In this document: positions 14,244 through 23,912 of the stretch, piece after piece
Numbering within the stretch: position 1 is the stretch's first letter
Layout: each line of letters starts with the position of its first letter
IMG/VR virus record: IMGVR_UViG_3300024986_000171
Location: 1 to 41,316 of that record
Origin: a virus
Taxonomy: Duplodnaviria > Caudoviricetes
DNA length: 41,316 nucleotides
Direction: 5' to 3' (one strand)
Notes under the pieces: generated by a model
What the model saw: only the letters and a program-made list of their open reading frames with translations
What the model was told of the DNA's origin: nothing
The model's database searches: none
Position numbers and translations under genes: made by a program

Positions 14244-14528
14244 ATGGGCGGCTCTATCGAGTGGACCGCGCAGCAGGTCCTCGGCCTGCGCAGCACCTCG
14301 CCCGGCATCATCTCGCGCCGAGAGCGCGAGCACCAGGTGCTCGCCGTGCTGAGGGCGGCGGGCCGGCCGCTCTTCGCCGCGGATATCGCCCAGCGCGCAG
14401 GCCTCGGGCGCTGGTACGTCGCAGAGCTGCTCAGGGCCCTGCGCGACCGCGGCGAGGTGACCGACAGCTATCGGATGCGGCCAGCCGGGCGCGGGCGCAC
14501 GCCGTCGACGTGGGAGGCGGTGCGGTGA
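14244..14528 (+). CDS. Winged-helix protein
   Basis: VLAVLRAAGRPLFAADIAQRAGL...LLRALRDRGEV. Confidence 0.6.
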   Translation: MGGSIEWTAQQVLGLRSTSPGIISRREREHQVLAVLRAAGRPLFAADIAQRAGLGRWYVAELLRALRDRGEVTDSYRMRPAGRGRTPSTWEAVR

Positions 14529-14553
14529 TCGATCGCGAGGGCCGCTAGCGGTC

Positions 14554-16929
14554 ATGCCGGCCAAGCGGGTCGATTTCGCGGCGCTCGCGCGCACGCTGCT
14601 CGATGCAGCCGACCGGCTCGTGCCGTTGTGGCTGGAGGGCGGCCGTCGCGCCGGCCATGAATGGCAATGCGGCAATCTCGCGGGCGAGCCCGGCAAGAGC
14701 TGCAGCGTCAACCTCACGACTGGGCAGTGGGCCGATTTCGCCACCGGCGAGCGCGGCGGCGACCTCATCTCGCTCTATGCGGCGATCCATGGCCTGCAAC
14801 CCGGCGAGGCCGCGAAGCGGCTGCGTGCCGAGCTGAGGATCGGCGGATCGGGCGAAGCATCGACGCGGCCGCCCGAAACGAAACTGACCGAACGCGAGAC
14901 GAAGCGCGCCAGCTGGGCGCCGATCGTGCCCGTGCCCGAGACGGCTGCGCTGCCGCCGATCGCACATCCCGTGCGCGGGCGCTCCGAGCACATCTGGTGC
15001 TATCGCGATCGCGACGGGCGCATCCTCGGATACGTCCATCGCTTCCGCACCTCGGACGGCGGCAAGGAAATTCTGCCCGTCGTCTGGGCACGCAATGCGA
15101 GAGGCCGCGAGGATTGGCGCTGGATGCAGTGGGCGATGCCACGGCCGCTCTATGGGCTCGATCGCCTGCGCGATGGTAAGCGCGTGCTCATCACCGAAGG
15201 CGAGAAATGCGCCGACGTCGCGCACGAGCACCTCAGCGACATCGTCGATTGCCTCAGCTGGCCAGGCGGCGGCAACGCGGTCCTGAAAGTCGAGTGGGCG
15301 ACCCTGGCGGGCCGCGAGATCCTGCTGTGGCCGGACTGCGATGCGAAGACCCCTCGGAACAGCGACGAGCTGCTGCCGGAGGCCAAGCAGCCCGGCGTGC
15401 GCGCAATGGAGACCATCGCCGAGCAGCTGCTCGCCCTGGGCTGCAACGTGCGCATCGTCCGCATCCCGGCGCCGGGCGTTAAGGCCGACGGCTGGGACAT
15501 CGCGGATGCAGTGGCAGAGGGTGCGACGCACGAGGATCTCGTCGCGATGCTCGAGGATCTGCGCCCCTGCGCGGCGGCATTGAAGATCAATGCGCCGGCG
15601 CCGCAGGCATCCGCGGCGACGTCAGCTGGCGCGGGCGAGCCGGAGGATCCGGGCGGTGAATGGCGTCATCGTCTCCTCGTGCGCAAGCACGAGTTGGTGC
15701 CGTGCCTGGCGAACGTGGTGCAGATCTTCACGCGCGACCCGAAATGGGCAGGCGTGCTGGCGTACGATGAGTTCGCTCAGCGCGTAGTCAAGCGCAAGCC
15801 GCTGCCGTCGTGCGGTGTGCTGGGCACCGTGGAATCGCCCGAGGGCGACTGGACGGATCTCGATACGAGCCTGGCCACCGTGTGGCTGACGAACGCGTAT
15901 TCGATCACGCCAGCGACCGCGATCGTCAATGAGGCCGTGGAGCTCGCTGCAGCGATCAACCGATTCCACCCTGTGCGCGCGTATCTCGGCGGGCTGCAGT
16001 GGGATGGCACGGAGCGACTCGAGGACTGGCTCGCAGACTATTTCGGCGTCGCGCGCAGCGAGTATTCGACGCGCGTGGCGCGCTGGTATCTCACGGGCAT
16101 GGTCGCGCGGGTGATGCGCCCAGGAGTGAAATTCGATTACTGCCTCGTGCTCGAGGGCGAGCAGGGGCGCAACAAGAGCTCGGCGCTCAAGATCCTCGCG
16201 GGGGAGTGGTTCTCTGAGGCAGAGCTCGACATCACGAGCAAGGACGCGCTATCGGCAATCCGCGGCAAATGGCTGCATGAGTTCCCCGAGATGGGCGCGA
16301 TCGTGCGCGTGGAATCGCTGCGCCAAAAGTCGTTTCTGAGCCGCACGGTCGACGAGTTCCGGCCGGTCTATGGGCATCGCGAGATCAAGTGCCCGCGTCA
16401 GATCGTGTTCGGTGGCAGCACGAACGAGTGGCAGTGGAACAAGGATCCCACGGGGGGCCGACGATTCTGGCCTGTCGACGTGCCGGCCGAGGTCGACCTC
16501 GAAGGCCTCGCAAACGCACGCGACCAGCTCTTCGCCGAAGCGCTCGTGCGCTATCGCCGCGGTGAGCGATTCTGGCCGACGGGGGATGAGCAGCGCAAAA
16601 TCTTCGATCCCGTGCAGCTCGCGCGCGAAGCGGAAGATGCGTTCATGGATCCGATCCATGACTGGATCGAGCGCCGCGCACTGCCCGAATTCACGTTGCA
16701 CGACGTGCTCGTCGACGCGCTGAAATTGGATGCGGGTCGCATGACGCGCGACGTGATGACACGGGTCGGCATGCAGCTCAAGCGCATGGGCGCGCAGCGG
16801 GTCGAGCGTCGCAACGGCACGACACGGTTCGTGTATCGGCTCCCGACCTGGGCGCCGTACTGGGGGCGGATGCAGCAGGCAGCACCGGCAGCAGGTGGCG
16901 AGGGCAGAGATGGACCAATGCCGTTCTAA
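14554..16929 (+). CDS. DNA primase (TOPRIM) - VapE-like helicase fusion, replication protein
   Basis: WADFATGERGGDLISL N-domain; PLYGL...LITEGEKCAD...WPDCD TOPRIM; FHPVRAYL...LEGEQGRNKSS (Walker A)...STNE...DPTGGRRFWPV VapE. Confidence 0.9.
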   Translation: MPAKRVDFAALARTLLDAADRLVPLWLEGGRRAGHEWQCGNLAGEPGKSCSVNLTTGQWADFATGERGGDLISLYAAIHGLQPGEAAKRLRAELRIGGSGEASTRPPETKLTERETKRASWAPIVPVPETAALPPIAHPVRGRSEHIWCYRDRDGRILGYVHRFRTSDGGKEILPVVWARNARGREDWRWMQWAMPRPLYGLDRLRDGKRVLITEGEKCADVAHEHLSDIVDCLSWPGGGNAVLKVEWATLAGREILLWPDCDAKTPRNSDELLPEAKQPGVRAMETIAEQLLALGCNVRIVRIPAPGVKADGWDIADAVAEGATHEDLVAMLEDLRPCAAALKINAPAPQASAATSAGAGEPEDPGGEWRHRLLVRKHELVPCLANVVQIFTRDPKWAGVLAYDEFAQRVVKRKPLPSCGVLGTVESPEGDWTDLDTSLATVWLTNAYSITPATAIVNEAVELAAAINRFHPVRAYLGGLQWDGTERLEDWLADYFGVARSEYSTRVARWYLTGMVARVMRPGVKFDYCLVLEGEQGRNKSSALKILAGEWFSEAELDITSKDALSAIRGKWLHEFPEMGAIVRVESLRQKSFLSRTVDEFRPVYGHREIKCPRQIVFGGSTNEWQWNKDPTGGRRFWPVDVPAEVDLEGLANARDQLFAEALVRYRRGERFWPTGDEQRKIFDPVQLAREAEDAFMDPIHDWIERRALPEFTLHDVLVDALKLDAGRMTRDVMTRVGMQLKRMGAQRVERRNGTTRFVYRLPTWAPYWGRMQQAAPAAGGEGRDGPMPF

Positions 16930-16940
16930 AGTCCGAAAAG

Positions 16941-17206
16941 CTCCACACCTTCCATACCTCGCGGCGGAGGTATGGAGGCCGGAAAGCGAGGCTGGGCGTG
17001 GGGTTCCATACCTTCCATACCTTCCACACCTGCCCCGCGGGCGCACGCGTACATACGCACGCACGTACGTGCACACGCGATCGCGCGCGTACGCGCGCGC
17101 AGCATCCATCCATCCTATGGAAGGTATGGAAGGTATGGAAGAGCAAGCACCGGCGCGGGTTTCGGGGCTCCATACCTCAGCCAGGGGTATGGAACAGGTA
17201 TGGAGG
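16941..17206. repeat. Putative replication origin: symmetric iteron array around an alternating purine-pyrimidine tract
   Basis: About 12 copies of (TT)CCAYACC / GGTATGG(AA) in mirrored orientation; RY tract 17041-17101; directly after the primase gene. Confidence 0.75.
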
Positions 17207-17212
17207 CAGCCA

Positions 17213-17458
17213 ATGAGCGAGCGCAGCGGTTCGATGCGTGACGTGATGCCGACCGTGGCTCGATGGATCGACGAGCTGCGACGCGTTTTCGGCGCCGATC
17301 AGGTCGATCCGAGCATCCGGGCCGGCATGCGTGGCGAGCCGAATCGCTTTTATGCGTGCGAAGCGGGACTTCAAATTGGGACGCCGTTCCACTCCGAATG
17401 GCGTGCGGCGAAGTGCGACGGTCATTACACTGGCGACGCACAACGCACGGAGGTATGA
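17213..17458 (+). CDS. Phage hypothetical protein (81 aa)
   Basis: GGAGG RBS; MRDVMPTVARWIDELRRVFG...FYACEAG..IGTPF. Confidence 0.7.
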   Translation: MSERSGSMRDVMPTVARWIDELRRVFGADQVDPSIRAGMRGEPNRFYACEAGLQIGTPFHSEWRAAKCDGHYTGDAQRTEV

Positions 17459-17459
17459 A

Positions 17460-17846
17460 ATGTTGAAACGTACGCTTCAAGCCATTCTCCCCGCGGTCGT
17501 TCTGGCGGGCTGCACGGTTGCCCCGCCGAGAGGCCAGCCCGGAACGTTCCGTTTGATCCAACAGGGACAGATTGCACCGGCTCGGGCGCTGGCCTTCTCG
17601 GCGTGCGTGATGGACGGATTCGATAGGGCGCATCTCACCCTCACTAGCGTCCACACTCGACAGCAGCGGAGAGCGAATGGCTATCGGATCGAGACGATGG
17701 TGAATGCGACTGCACTCGTGAGCGTCGATATCAGCGACGACGGTCGGGTCGAGATGCTCGAGAGCACCGCGGCGCTGATGATCGACACCTCCGATGAGCG
17801 GCGGGCGTTCACCGAGTGCGTCGGCAATGAGAAGGCCACGCAATGA
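17460..17846 (+). CDS. Lipoprotein (128 aa)
   Basis: MLKRTLQAILPAVVLAGC lipobox; GGAGG upstream. Confidence 0.75.
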   Translation: MLKRTLQAILPAVVLAGCTVAPPRGQPGTFRLIQQGQIAPARALAFSACVMDGFDRAHLTLTSVHTRQQRRANGYRIETMVNATALVSVDISDDGRVEMLESTAALMIDTSDERRAFTECVGNEKATQ

Positions 17847-18643
17847 TCAAGGTGAGAATGCAGATCGAGGGCACCGATGCCGTGCGCCATCACATCGCTG
17901 CGCTGTCCGGGCCCGCACTGCGCGCGGCAACTGCTGCAGCGCTCAACGATGTAGGGTTCGATCTGCGGCGGAGGTATCAGCGGGAGATCACGACCGTCTT
18001 CGATCAGCCGACACCGTTCATCTCGCGCTCGATCCTGGTGGAGCAAGCGCGACCCGATCACCTGCAGGCGATCATCGGTCCGACACGCGCGGTTGGGAAG
18101 GGAGTGGACCCAGCCAGCGTGCTCGCCGCCGAGATCGCCGGGGGTCATCGTCGCGACAAGCGCTCGGAGATCGCTCTACGGCGTGCTGGCATCCTGCCTG
18201 CGGGCTATGCCACCGTCATCCCCTCGCAGCCCTTCCCTGGTAGCGAGGATGGCTACGGCAACATCAAGGGGTCATTCATCACGATGCTGCTCAGCTACTT
18301 CCGTGCATTCGGCGAGCAGGGGTATCGCGCCAATATGACCGATCGGCGCCGGCGGGCGCTCGCCGCGCGCGGCAGGACCGCGAACGGTTACAAGACGATC
18401 AACGGCTTCGAGCTCTTCGTGGCCTACGGGCCGCTGCGTGGCGGCAAGACTCGCCATCTCGCGCCCGGCATATGGGCCAAGCGTGGAATCCATGGCGCGA
18501 TCCTACGCCCAGTGCTCATGTTCGTGCGCACGCCAACCTATGAGATTCGGCTGCGGATGGACCGGATCGGCAACCCGTCGGCAATGCAGATGCTCTTCGA
18601 GCGACGGCTGCGTTATCGAATTCGGCTGGCAGCTGGGGTCTGA
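17843..18643 (+). CDS. Phage protein upstream of terS (gpZ / HK97 gp10-like tail completion?)
   Basis: AALNDVGF...VFDQPTPF..RS basic protein; position before cos/terS. Confidence 0.55.
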   Translation: MIKVRMQIEGTDAVRHHIAALSGPALRAATAAALNDVGFDLRRRYQREITTVFDQPTPFISRSILVEQARPDHLQAIIGPTRAVGKGVDPASVLAAEIAGGHRRDKRSEIALRRAGILPAGYATVIPSQPFPGSEDGYGNIKGSFITMLLSYFRAFGEQGYRANMTDRRRRALAARGRTANGYKTINGFELFVAYGPLRGGKTRHLAPGIWAKRGIHGAILRPVLMFVRTPTYEIRLRMDRIGNPSAMQMLFERRLRYRIRLAAGV

Positions 18644-18660
18644 GGATGGCAATGGGGCGC

Positions 18661-18772
18661 GGGTCCTTCCGGAAAGCGGGCGATGAGGGTAATTCGATCC
18701 CCGTCGGCGCGCTAGTGGCTGGCCCTGCATTTCCCTGACGTCATGCCTCACCTGTTCGACCTCTAACCTGAC
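18661..18772 (+). other. Putative cos packaging region
   Basis: GGGTCCT (18661-18667) is identical to lambda cosQ; followed by GGGTAATTCGATCCCC and CCTSAC repeats just before terS. Confidence 0.55.
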
Positions 18773-19276
18773 ATGCCGACCTACGTTTCGATCGCCGAGT
18801 TCGCCCGCGACCGAGGGGTAACGCGGCAGTCCGCGCACGAGTGGGTGAAGACGTACAAGATCCCGCTCGTCGACGGGAAGATCGATCTCGAGGTCGGCCG
18901 CGTGCAGTGGGAGGTGCACCGCAAGCGCCGGCCGGCGCGCGCGGGAGGCGAGGAGCCGAAGGGAGAGGGCGCGAAGGCAGGTGGTGGCTCCGATTACTGG
19001 GCGGCCAAGACCAGGCGCGAAGAGGCCGAAGCGCAACTGGCAGAACGCAAGCTCGCGGAAATGTCCGGGCAGCTGGTGGCGCGTGCAGACGTCGAGCGTG
19101 CATCGTTCACGGCGGCGCGGATCATGCGCGATCAGCTCGCCTCGGCCTCGCCTCGACTGGCTGCCGCAGTCATGGGTATGACCGACGTCGTTGCGGTGGA
19201 GCGCGCAATCGCCGCTGAGCACCGCGCTGTGCTCGAGATGTTCTGTCGGATGCTGCGCGTCGAGGTGCCGGCCTGA
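18773..19276 (+). CDS. terS: Terminase small subunit (gpNu1-like)
   Basis: N-terminal HTH SIAEFARDRGVTRQSAHEW; YWAAKTRRE...LAE..GQLV.RADV; precedes terL. Confidence 0.85.
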   Translation: MPTYVSIAEFARDRGVTRQSAHEWVKTYKIPLVDGKIDLEVGRVQWEVHRKRRPARAGGEEPKGEGAKAGGGSDYWAAKTRREEAEAQLAERKLAEMSGQLVARADVERASFTAARIMRDQLASASPRLAAAVMGMTDVVAVERAIAAEHRAVLEMFCRMLRVEVPA

Positions 19277-21261
19277 TGGGCGCCTCCGAAGCCTTCGAGG
19301 ACATGCCGATCGCCTGCGGCTTCTCGTCGACGCTTGCCGCGTGCGCCGATGGCGCGCAGCCCGACGAGGCGCTCTCCGTCGACGAGTGGGCCGAGCAGTA
19401 CATGGTGATCCCGAAGGACACCGGCGCTGCCGAGCCCGGGCCGTACCGGCTCGATCGAACGCCCTATGCGCGCGAGGTGATGCGCTGCCTGTCGGCCGAT
19501 CATCCATGTCGGCGTGTCGTCGTGCGCGCGGCCTCGCAGATGCTCAAGACGCAGGTCGCGCTGAACTGGCTCGCGTCGATCATCGACCAGACGCCGGCGA
19601 ACGTGCTGGTGCTGCTGCCGACCGAGCGGTTGACCAAGCGCGTCTCGGGGCGGATCGCGAAGACGATCAAGGCGGTCGATCGGCTGCGCGATAAGGTCGC
19701 ACCGGAACGCTCGCGCGATGCGCGCAACACGATCGACACGAAGGAATTCCCGGGCGGGTCGATGTACATCGTCACCGCAGGGTCGGCCGCGAACCTGGCC
19801 GAGATTCCGGCGCGCTTCGTCTACGCCGACGAGGTAGATCGCTGGCCTACGGATGTGGACGGCGAGGGTGATCCGGCGTCGCTGGCCGAGAAGCGCACGA
19901 GCACGTTCGCCGCGACCTCGAAGGTCTACTACTCGAGTTCGCCGACGACCGAGGGCGAGAGCGCGATCGATGCGCTGATGGCGCAGTCCACGTGCCGACA
20001 GTACCAGGTACCGTGCCCGCACTGCGACGAGATGCAGGTGCTCGACCCGGAATACCTGCGCTGCAGCGAGGATCTGTCGCGCGCGTGGATGGTCTGCCGG
20101 CACTGCGGCACTGAGATCGAGGAGCGCGCGAAGGCGGCGATGCTTCCCGCGGGCGAGTGGGTGGCGACGTCCGCCGGAGACGGGCGCACGGAAGGGTTCG
20201 AGTTGAATGCGCTGTATGCGCCGCTCGGCTGGGTGTCTTGGCTGGATCTGGCGCGCGAGCGCGCGCACGCGAAGGCGAAGGAGGCCGCCGGCGACACCGA
20301 GGCCATGCAGGTGCTGGCGAACACCCGCTGGGCGCGCAGCTACAAGGTCACTGGCGAGAAGCTCGACGACGAGCGGATCAAGGATCGGGCCGAAGACTAC
20401 GAGCTGCTGCTCGTGCCGGCCGGCGGCTTCGTGCTCACGATGTCCGTTGACGTGCAGAACGATCGTCTCGAATACGCGATCGTCGCCTGGGGGCGCGGCG
20501 AGGAATCGTGGCTCGTCGACTACGACAAGATCTACGGCGACCCGGGGCAGGAAGTCCCGGGCAGCGTGTGGGAGCGCCTGGACGAGATTCGGGCCCGCAC
20601 CATCGCGCACGCGAGTGGGCAGCAGCTGCGCGTCGAGGCTTGTGCGATCGACTCGGGCGGGCACCATACGCACCAGGTCTACGCCTACTGCCGCACGCGC
20701 GAGCATCAGCGGGTATTCGCGATCAAGGGCGATACCGACGTGAAGGCGCCGATCAAGGGGCGCGCGCGGATGATGGACGTGAACCTGCGCGGCAAGGTCC
20801 TCAAGCACGGCGTGCGGCTGTGGTTCGTGGGCGTGCACGTGGCGAAGGACCTTCTCGCCGGGCGCTTCAGGCTCGCGCAGCCAGGGCCCGGTTACATCCA
20901 TCTGCCCAAGGCGATGCCCGATGACTACTGGGGGCAGCTCACCGCAGAGCAGCGCGTGTGGAAGCGCACCGCGCACGGCGGCGCCTGGCGCTGGGTGAAG
21001 GTCAACAATTCCGCGCGGAACGAGGGCTGGGACCTGTGGGTGTACTGCCTATGGGCTGCGCACGCTATCGACCTGCACAAGTACCGCGCCGCGCAGTGGG
21101 ACCGTCTCGAGCAGATGGTGGCGCCCCGACAGGGCGACCTGCTTTCGGGGCAGCCGATCGCTCCCGCGAAGGCCGCGGTCGCGCTGGAGACGAAGGTGTC
21201 GACGCGGCCATCGGTGCGCTCGTCGGCCCTAGGATCGGACGATTGGAGCGCCAGGCTGTGA
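19276..21261 (+). CDS. terL: Terminase large subunit (lambda gpA family)
   Basis: RTPYAREVM, ASQMLKT, YADEVDRW, SSPT, VPCPHC, SVDVQ, AIDSGG, RNEGWD. Confidence 0.96.
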   Translation: MGASEAFEDMPIACGFSSTLAACADGAQPDEALSVDEWAEQYMVIPKDTGAAEPGPYRLDRTPYAREVMRCLSADHPCRRVVVRAASQMLKTQVALNWLASIIDQTPANVLVLLPTERLTKRVSGRIAKTIKAVDRLRDKVAPERSRDARNTIDTKEFPGGSMYIVTAGSAANLAEIPARFVYADEVDRWPTDVDGEGDPASLAEKRTSTFAATSKVYYSSSPTTEGESAIDALMAQSTCRQYQVPCPHCDEMQVLDPEYLRCSEDLSRAWMVCRHCGTEIEERAKAAMLPAGEWVATSAGDGRTEGFELNALYAPLGWVSWLDLARERAHAKAKEAAGDTEAMQVLANTRWARSYKVTGEKLDDERIKDRAEDYELLLVPAGGFVLTMSVDVQNDRLEYAIVAWGRGEESWLVDYDKIYGDPGQEVPGSVWERLDEIRARTIAHASGQQLRVEACAIDSGGHHTHQVYAYCRTREHQRVFAIKGDTDVKAPIKGRARMMDVNLRGKVLKHGVRLWFVGVHVAKDLLAGRFRLAQPGPGYIHLPKAMPDDYWGQLTAEQRVWKRTAHGGAWRWVKVNNSARNEGWDLWVYCLWAAHAIDLHKYRAAQWDRLEQMVAPRQGDLLSGQPIAPAKAAVALETKVSTRPSVRSSALGSDDWSARL

Positions 21262-21554
21262 CGCGCGCTCAGCCAGAAGACCGCGCGGTGAGTCTGCGCT
21301 ACGCGCTGACCGCCATCTTGCGCGAGCGCGTGGGCTATCACGAGCGCTACGCCAGCCAAATTGCCGAGGACATCCTGCACGGCTTGCAGGAGCGTTACGG
21401 GGGCGACGAGCTGTATATCCCGAAGACGGCTAATCGAATCGCGCGCGACGCTGCTGTGCGGCAGATGTTCAACGGCCGCAACCGTGTCGAGGTCTGCAGG
21501 ACCTTCAGGATCAGCCGGGCGACGTTCTATCGGATCGTGGCCATCCGCGAATAG
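21258..21554 (+). CDS. Mor/C-family transcriptional activator (late regulator)
   Basis: YGGDELYIPK...RDAAVRQMFNGRN..EVCRTFRISRATFYRIV; GTGA overlap with terL. Confidence 0.8.
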   Translation: MTRAQPEDRAVSLRYALTAILRERVGYHERYASQIAEDILHGLQERYGGDELYIPKTANRIARDAAVRQMFNGRNRVEVCRTFRISRATFYRIVAIRE

Positions 21555-21597
21555 TCTCAGCTGTCCCCTAAACGTGGGACGGCCTCGCCGATACGCT
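21550..21597 (+). promoter_or_regulatory. Late promoter 1 (activator site GTCTCA-N15-TGGGAC plus -10 TACGCT)
   Basis: 31-bp block 21550-21580 repeated at 28748-28778 with 2 mismatches. Confidence 0.75.
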
Positions 21598-21605
21598 GGC
21601 TCGCC

Positions 21606-21821
21606 ATGAGTACAGCGACGGAAATGCTCGCCAAGTACCTGGCAGCTGAGGCGGCCCTGCTTGTCGGAAAAGAGGTCTCGTTCGGCGACCGGCGGCTGCG
21701 GCGCGAGGATCTGGCTGAAATCCGGGCTGGCCGACGCGAATGGGAGAGCCGCATTGCGGCCGAGCAACGCGCCGCCAATGGCGTTCCGTCTATCACGCTG
21801 CTACGCGCGAGGATGGATTGA
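21606..21821 (+). CDS. Head-tail joining protein (gpW-like)
   Basis: EMLAKYLAAEAALLVGKEVSFGDRRLRREDLAEIRAGRREWE; between terL and portal. Confidence 0.8.
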   Translation: MSTATEMLAKYLAAEAALLVGKEVSFGDRRLRREDLAEIRAGRREWESRIAAEQRAANGVPSITLLRARMD

Positions 21822-23353
21822 ACGCGATCGACAGGCTGGTCGCGTGGTTCGACCCCATGGCAGGCTTGCGCCGCCGCGCGGCGCGAGGTGTACTCGCGGC
21901 CTACGAGGCTGCACAACCATCGCGCCAGCGCAAGTTTCGCCTCGCGGATCGGTCCTTTAACCAGGTCGTACAGCGCGATGCGCCCAGCCTGCGCGCGCAG
22001 ATCCGCTGGCTCGAGCAGAACCACGACCTCGCGCGCGGAGCGCTGCGAGTGCTCGTGAACAACACGATCGGGCCGACCGGCATCGGGATCGAGCCACAGC
22101 CGCGCCGCGGAGATGGTTCGATCGACAACGACTACGCCAAAAAACTGCGTGAAGCGTGGGTGGACTGGCAGCGCCGGCCCGAGGTCACTGCGCGCATGAC
22201 CTGGTCTCGCGCGCAGCGCGTCATGGCCCGCACATGGTTCCGCGATGGCGAGGCTTTCGCGCAGCATGTCACGGGCCCGGTGCCAACGCTCGATCACGGG
22301 ACACTTGTACCGTACTCGCTCGAGCTTCTTGAAGCGGACATGGTTCCCATCGACCACAACGATGCGAACAAGGGAATCCGCCATGGCGTCGAGCGCAATG
22401 CCTGGGGTCGCCCAAGAGCGTACTGGGTCTACAAGACCGATCCCGCCGATGGTTATCGCAGCGCGGGCACGACTGACCTCAAGCGCGTGCCAGCCGACTC
22501 GATGATGCATGTCGCCGCCGTGGATCGAATTGGGCAGATCCGCGGCGTTTCGGAGTTCGCGAGCGTCATCCTGCGTCTGGACGACATCAAGGACTATGAG
22601 GAGTCCGAGCGGATCGCCGCAAAGATCGCCGCGCGACTGACTGCCTACATTCGCAAGGGTAGCCCGGAGCTCTACAACCCGGATGATCAACGGTTCGAAC
22701 GCGATGCCAGCGGCGCCCCGCTGCCACGCGATCTACGCCTTGAGGCCGGGACAATCATCGACGGGTTGGGTGCCGGCGAAGAGATTGGCACCATCGACAG
22801 CAAGCGCCCGAACCCGAACCTGGTGACGTTCCGACAGGGGCAGTTGCGCGCCGCCGCGGCAGGTCTCGGCACCACCTACAGCTCGCTTTCGCGCGACTAC
22901 AACGGCACCTACTCTGCGCAGCGACAGGAGCTCGTCGAGCAGTGGGTGCACTACGCCACGCTCACCGACGAATTTACCGGCATGTGCGTGCGCCCGGTGT
23001 GGGAGACATTCGTAGAGGTCGCCGCGCTCTCCGGCGTCGTGCCGCGCCCGCGAGACGTACCTGCGCAGCTCGCTGACGACGCGCTCTTTGTTGGACAGTC
23101 GATGCCATGGATCGACCCGATGAAGGAGGCCAGCGCCTGGAAGGAACTCGTGCGCGCCGGGTTCGCGAGCGAGGTAGAGGTGATGCGCAAGCGAGGCGTC
23201 AACCCGCGCGACGTCCTCGCGCAGATTGCGCAGTTTCGGCGCGAGGCACGCGAAGCGGGACTCGTTTTCGCGAGCGACGCCGCCAATGATTCCACCGGGC
23301 CAGCCTCACCGCAGGCAACCCCTGAACCGATTGATCCGCCGCCGGCGGAATAG
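21818..23353 (+). CDS. Portal protein, lambda family (TTG start inferred)
   Basis: AYEAA...LRAQIRWLEQNHD...RDGEAF...GVERNAWGRP...QIRGVS...YSSLSRDYNGTYSAQRQEL...WIDPMKE. Confidence 0.95.
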   Translation: MNAIDRLVAWFDPMAGLRRRAARGVLAAYEAAQPSRQRKFRLADRSFNQVVQRDAPSLRAQIRWLEQNHDLARGALRVLVNNTIGPTGIGIEPQPRRGDGSIDNDYAKKLREAWVDWQRRPEVTARMTWSRAQRVMARTWFRDGEAFAQHVTGPVPTLDHGTLVPYSLELLEADMVPIDHNDANKGIRHGVERNAWGRPRAYWVYKTDPADGYRSAGTTDLKRVPADSMMHVAAVDRIGQIRGVSEFASVILRLDDIKDYEESERIAAKIAARLTAYIRKGSPELYNPDDQRFERDASGAPLPRDLRLEAGTIIDGLGAGEEIGTIDSKRPNPNLVTFRQGQLRAAAAGLGTTYSSLSRDYNGTYSAQRQELVEQWVHYATLTDEFTGMCVRPVWETFVEVAALSGVVPRPRDVPAQLADDALFVGQSMPWIDPMKEASAWKELVRAGFASEVEVMRKRGVNPRDVLAQIAQFRREAREAGLVFASDAANDSTGPASPQATPEPIDPPPAE

Positions 23354-23380
23354 CCGTAGCTCAGTAGAGGAGCCCTCATC

Positions 23381-23905
23381 GTGATGAAGTGCAGCAAGTT
23401 TCTCGCCGGCTTGACGCTGGCCATCGTTGCCCTGGCGACACCGTTCATGCCTCAGGTCCGCGCCCAGTCGCTCACTGACTACGGCGAGAACAAGAGCGTC
23501 GACACGATCATCCGTGGCCAGACCGCCGCGTTCCCCGCGACGTGGTACGTCGGACTGGACACGGTCGCTTGCACCGACGCCGGCGGTGGCACCGAGGTCT
23601 CGACCTCCGGCACCGGCTACGCGCGCGCGTCGATTGCCGCAAGCTTGGCGAACTGGGCCGGCACGCAAGGCGCCGGCACCACAAGCGCAAGTACCGGCAC
23701 CGGTGGGCAGACGAGCAACAACATCGCCATTACGTTCCCACCCCCGACGGGCAACTGGACGCAGGTCCTTTCGTTCCGGATGTGGGATGCAGCGAGCGGC
23801 GGCAACGCATGGTTCTGCCAGACGCTCACGAATCCCAAGACGATCAACTCCGGCGATGCGGCTCCGAGCTTCGCAATCGGAGCCATGACGTTCACGTTCC
23901 AGTGA
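23381..23905 (+). CDS. Phage fibre/structural-subunit-like beta protein with N-terminal signal peptide
   Basis: TDYGENK...WYVGL...EVS...GYAR...SNNIAITF...WDAASGGN...KTINSGD..F; preceded by MMKCSKFLAGLTLAIVALATPFMPQVRA. Confidence 0.7.
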   Translation: MMKCSKFLAGLTLAIVALATPFMPQVRAQSLTDYGENKSVDTIIRGQTAAFPATWYVGLDTVACTDAGGGTEVSTSGTGYARASIAASLANWAGTQGAGTTSASTGTGGQTSNNIAITFPPPTGNWTQVLSFRMWDAASGGNAWFCQTLTNPKTINSGDAAPSFAIGAMTFTFQ

Positions 23906-23912
23906 GGCCGCG

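Noticed and set aside
16895-17212. ORFs across the iteron region (PYLPYLP / MEGMEGME / FHTFHTFH peptides)
   Set aside because: Translations of the 9-bp DNA repeats; the region is better explained as a non-coding origin
23353-23375. tRNA-like 5' end GCCGTAGCTCAGTAGAGGAGC
   Set aside because: Only a D-arm-like stretch; no T-arm (GTTCRA) or acceptor stem follows, and GGAG serves as RBS for 23381
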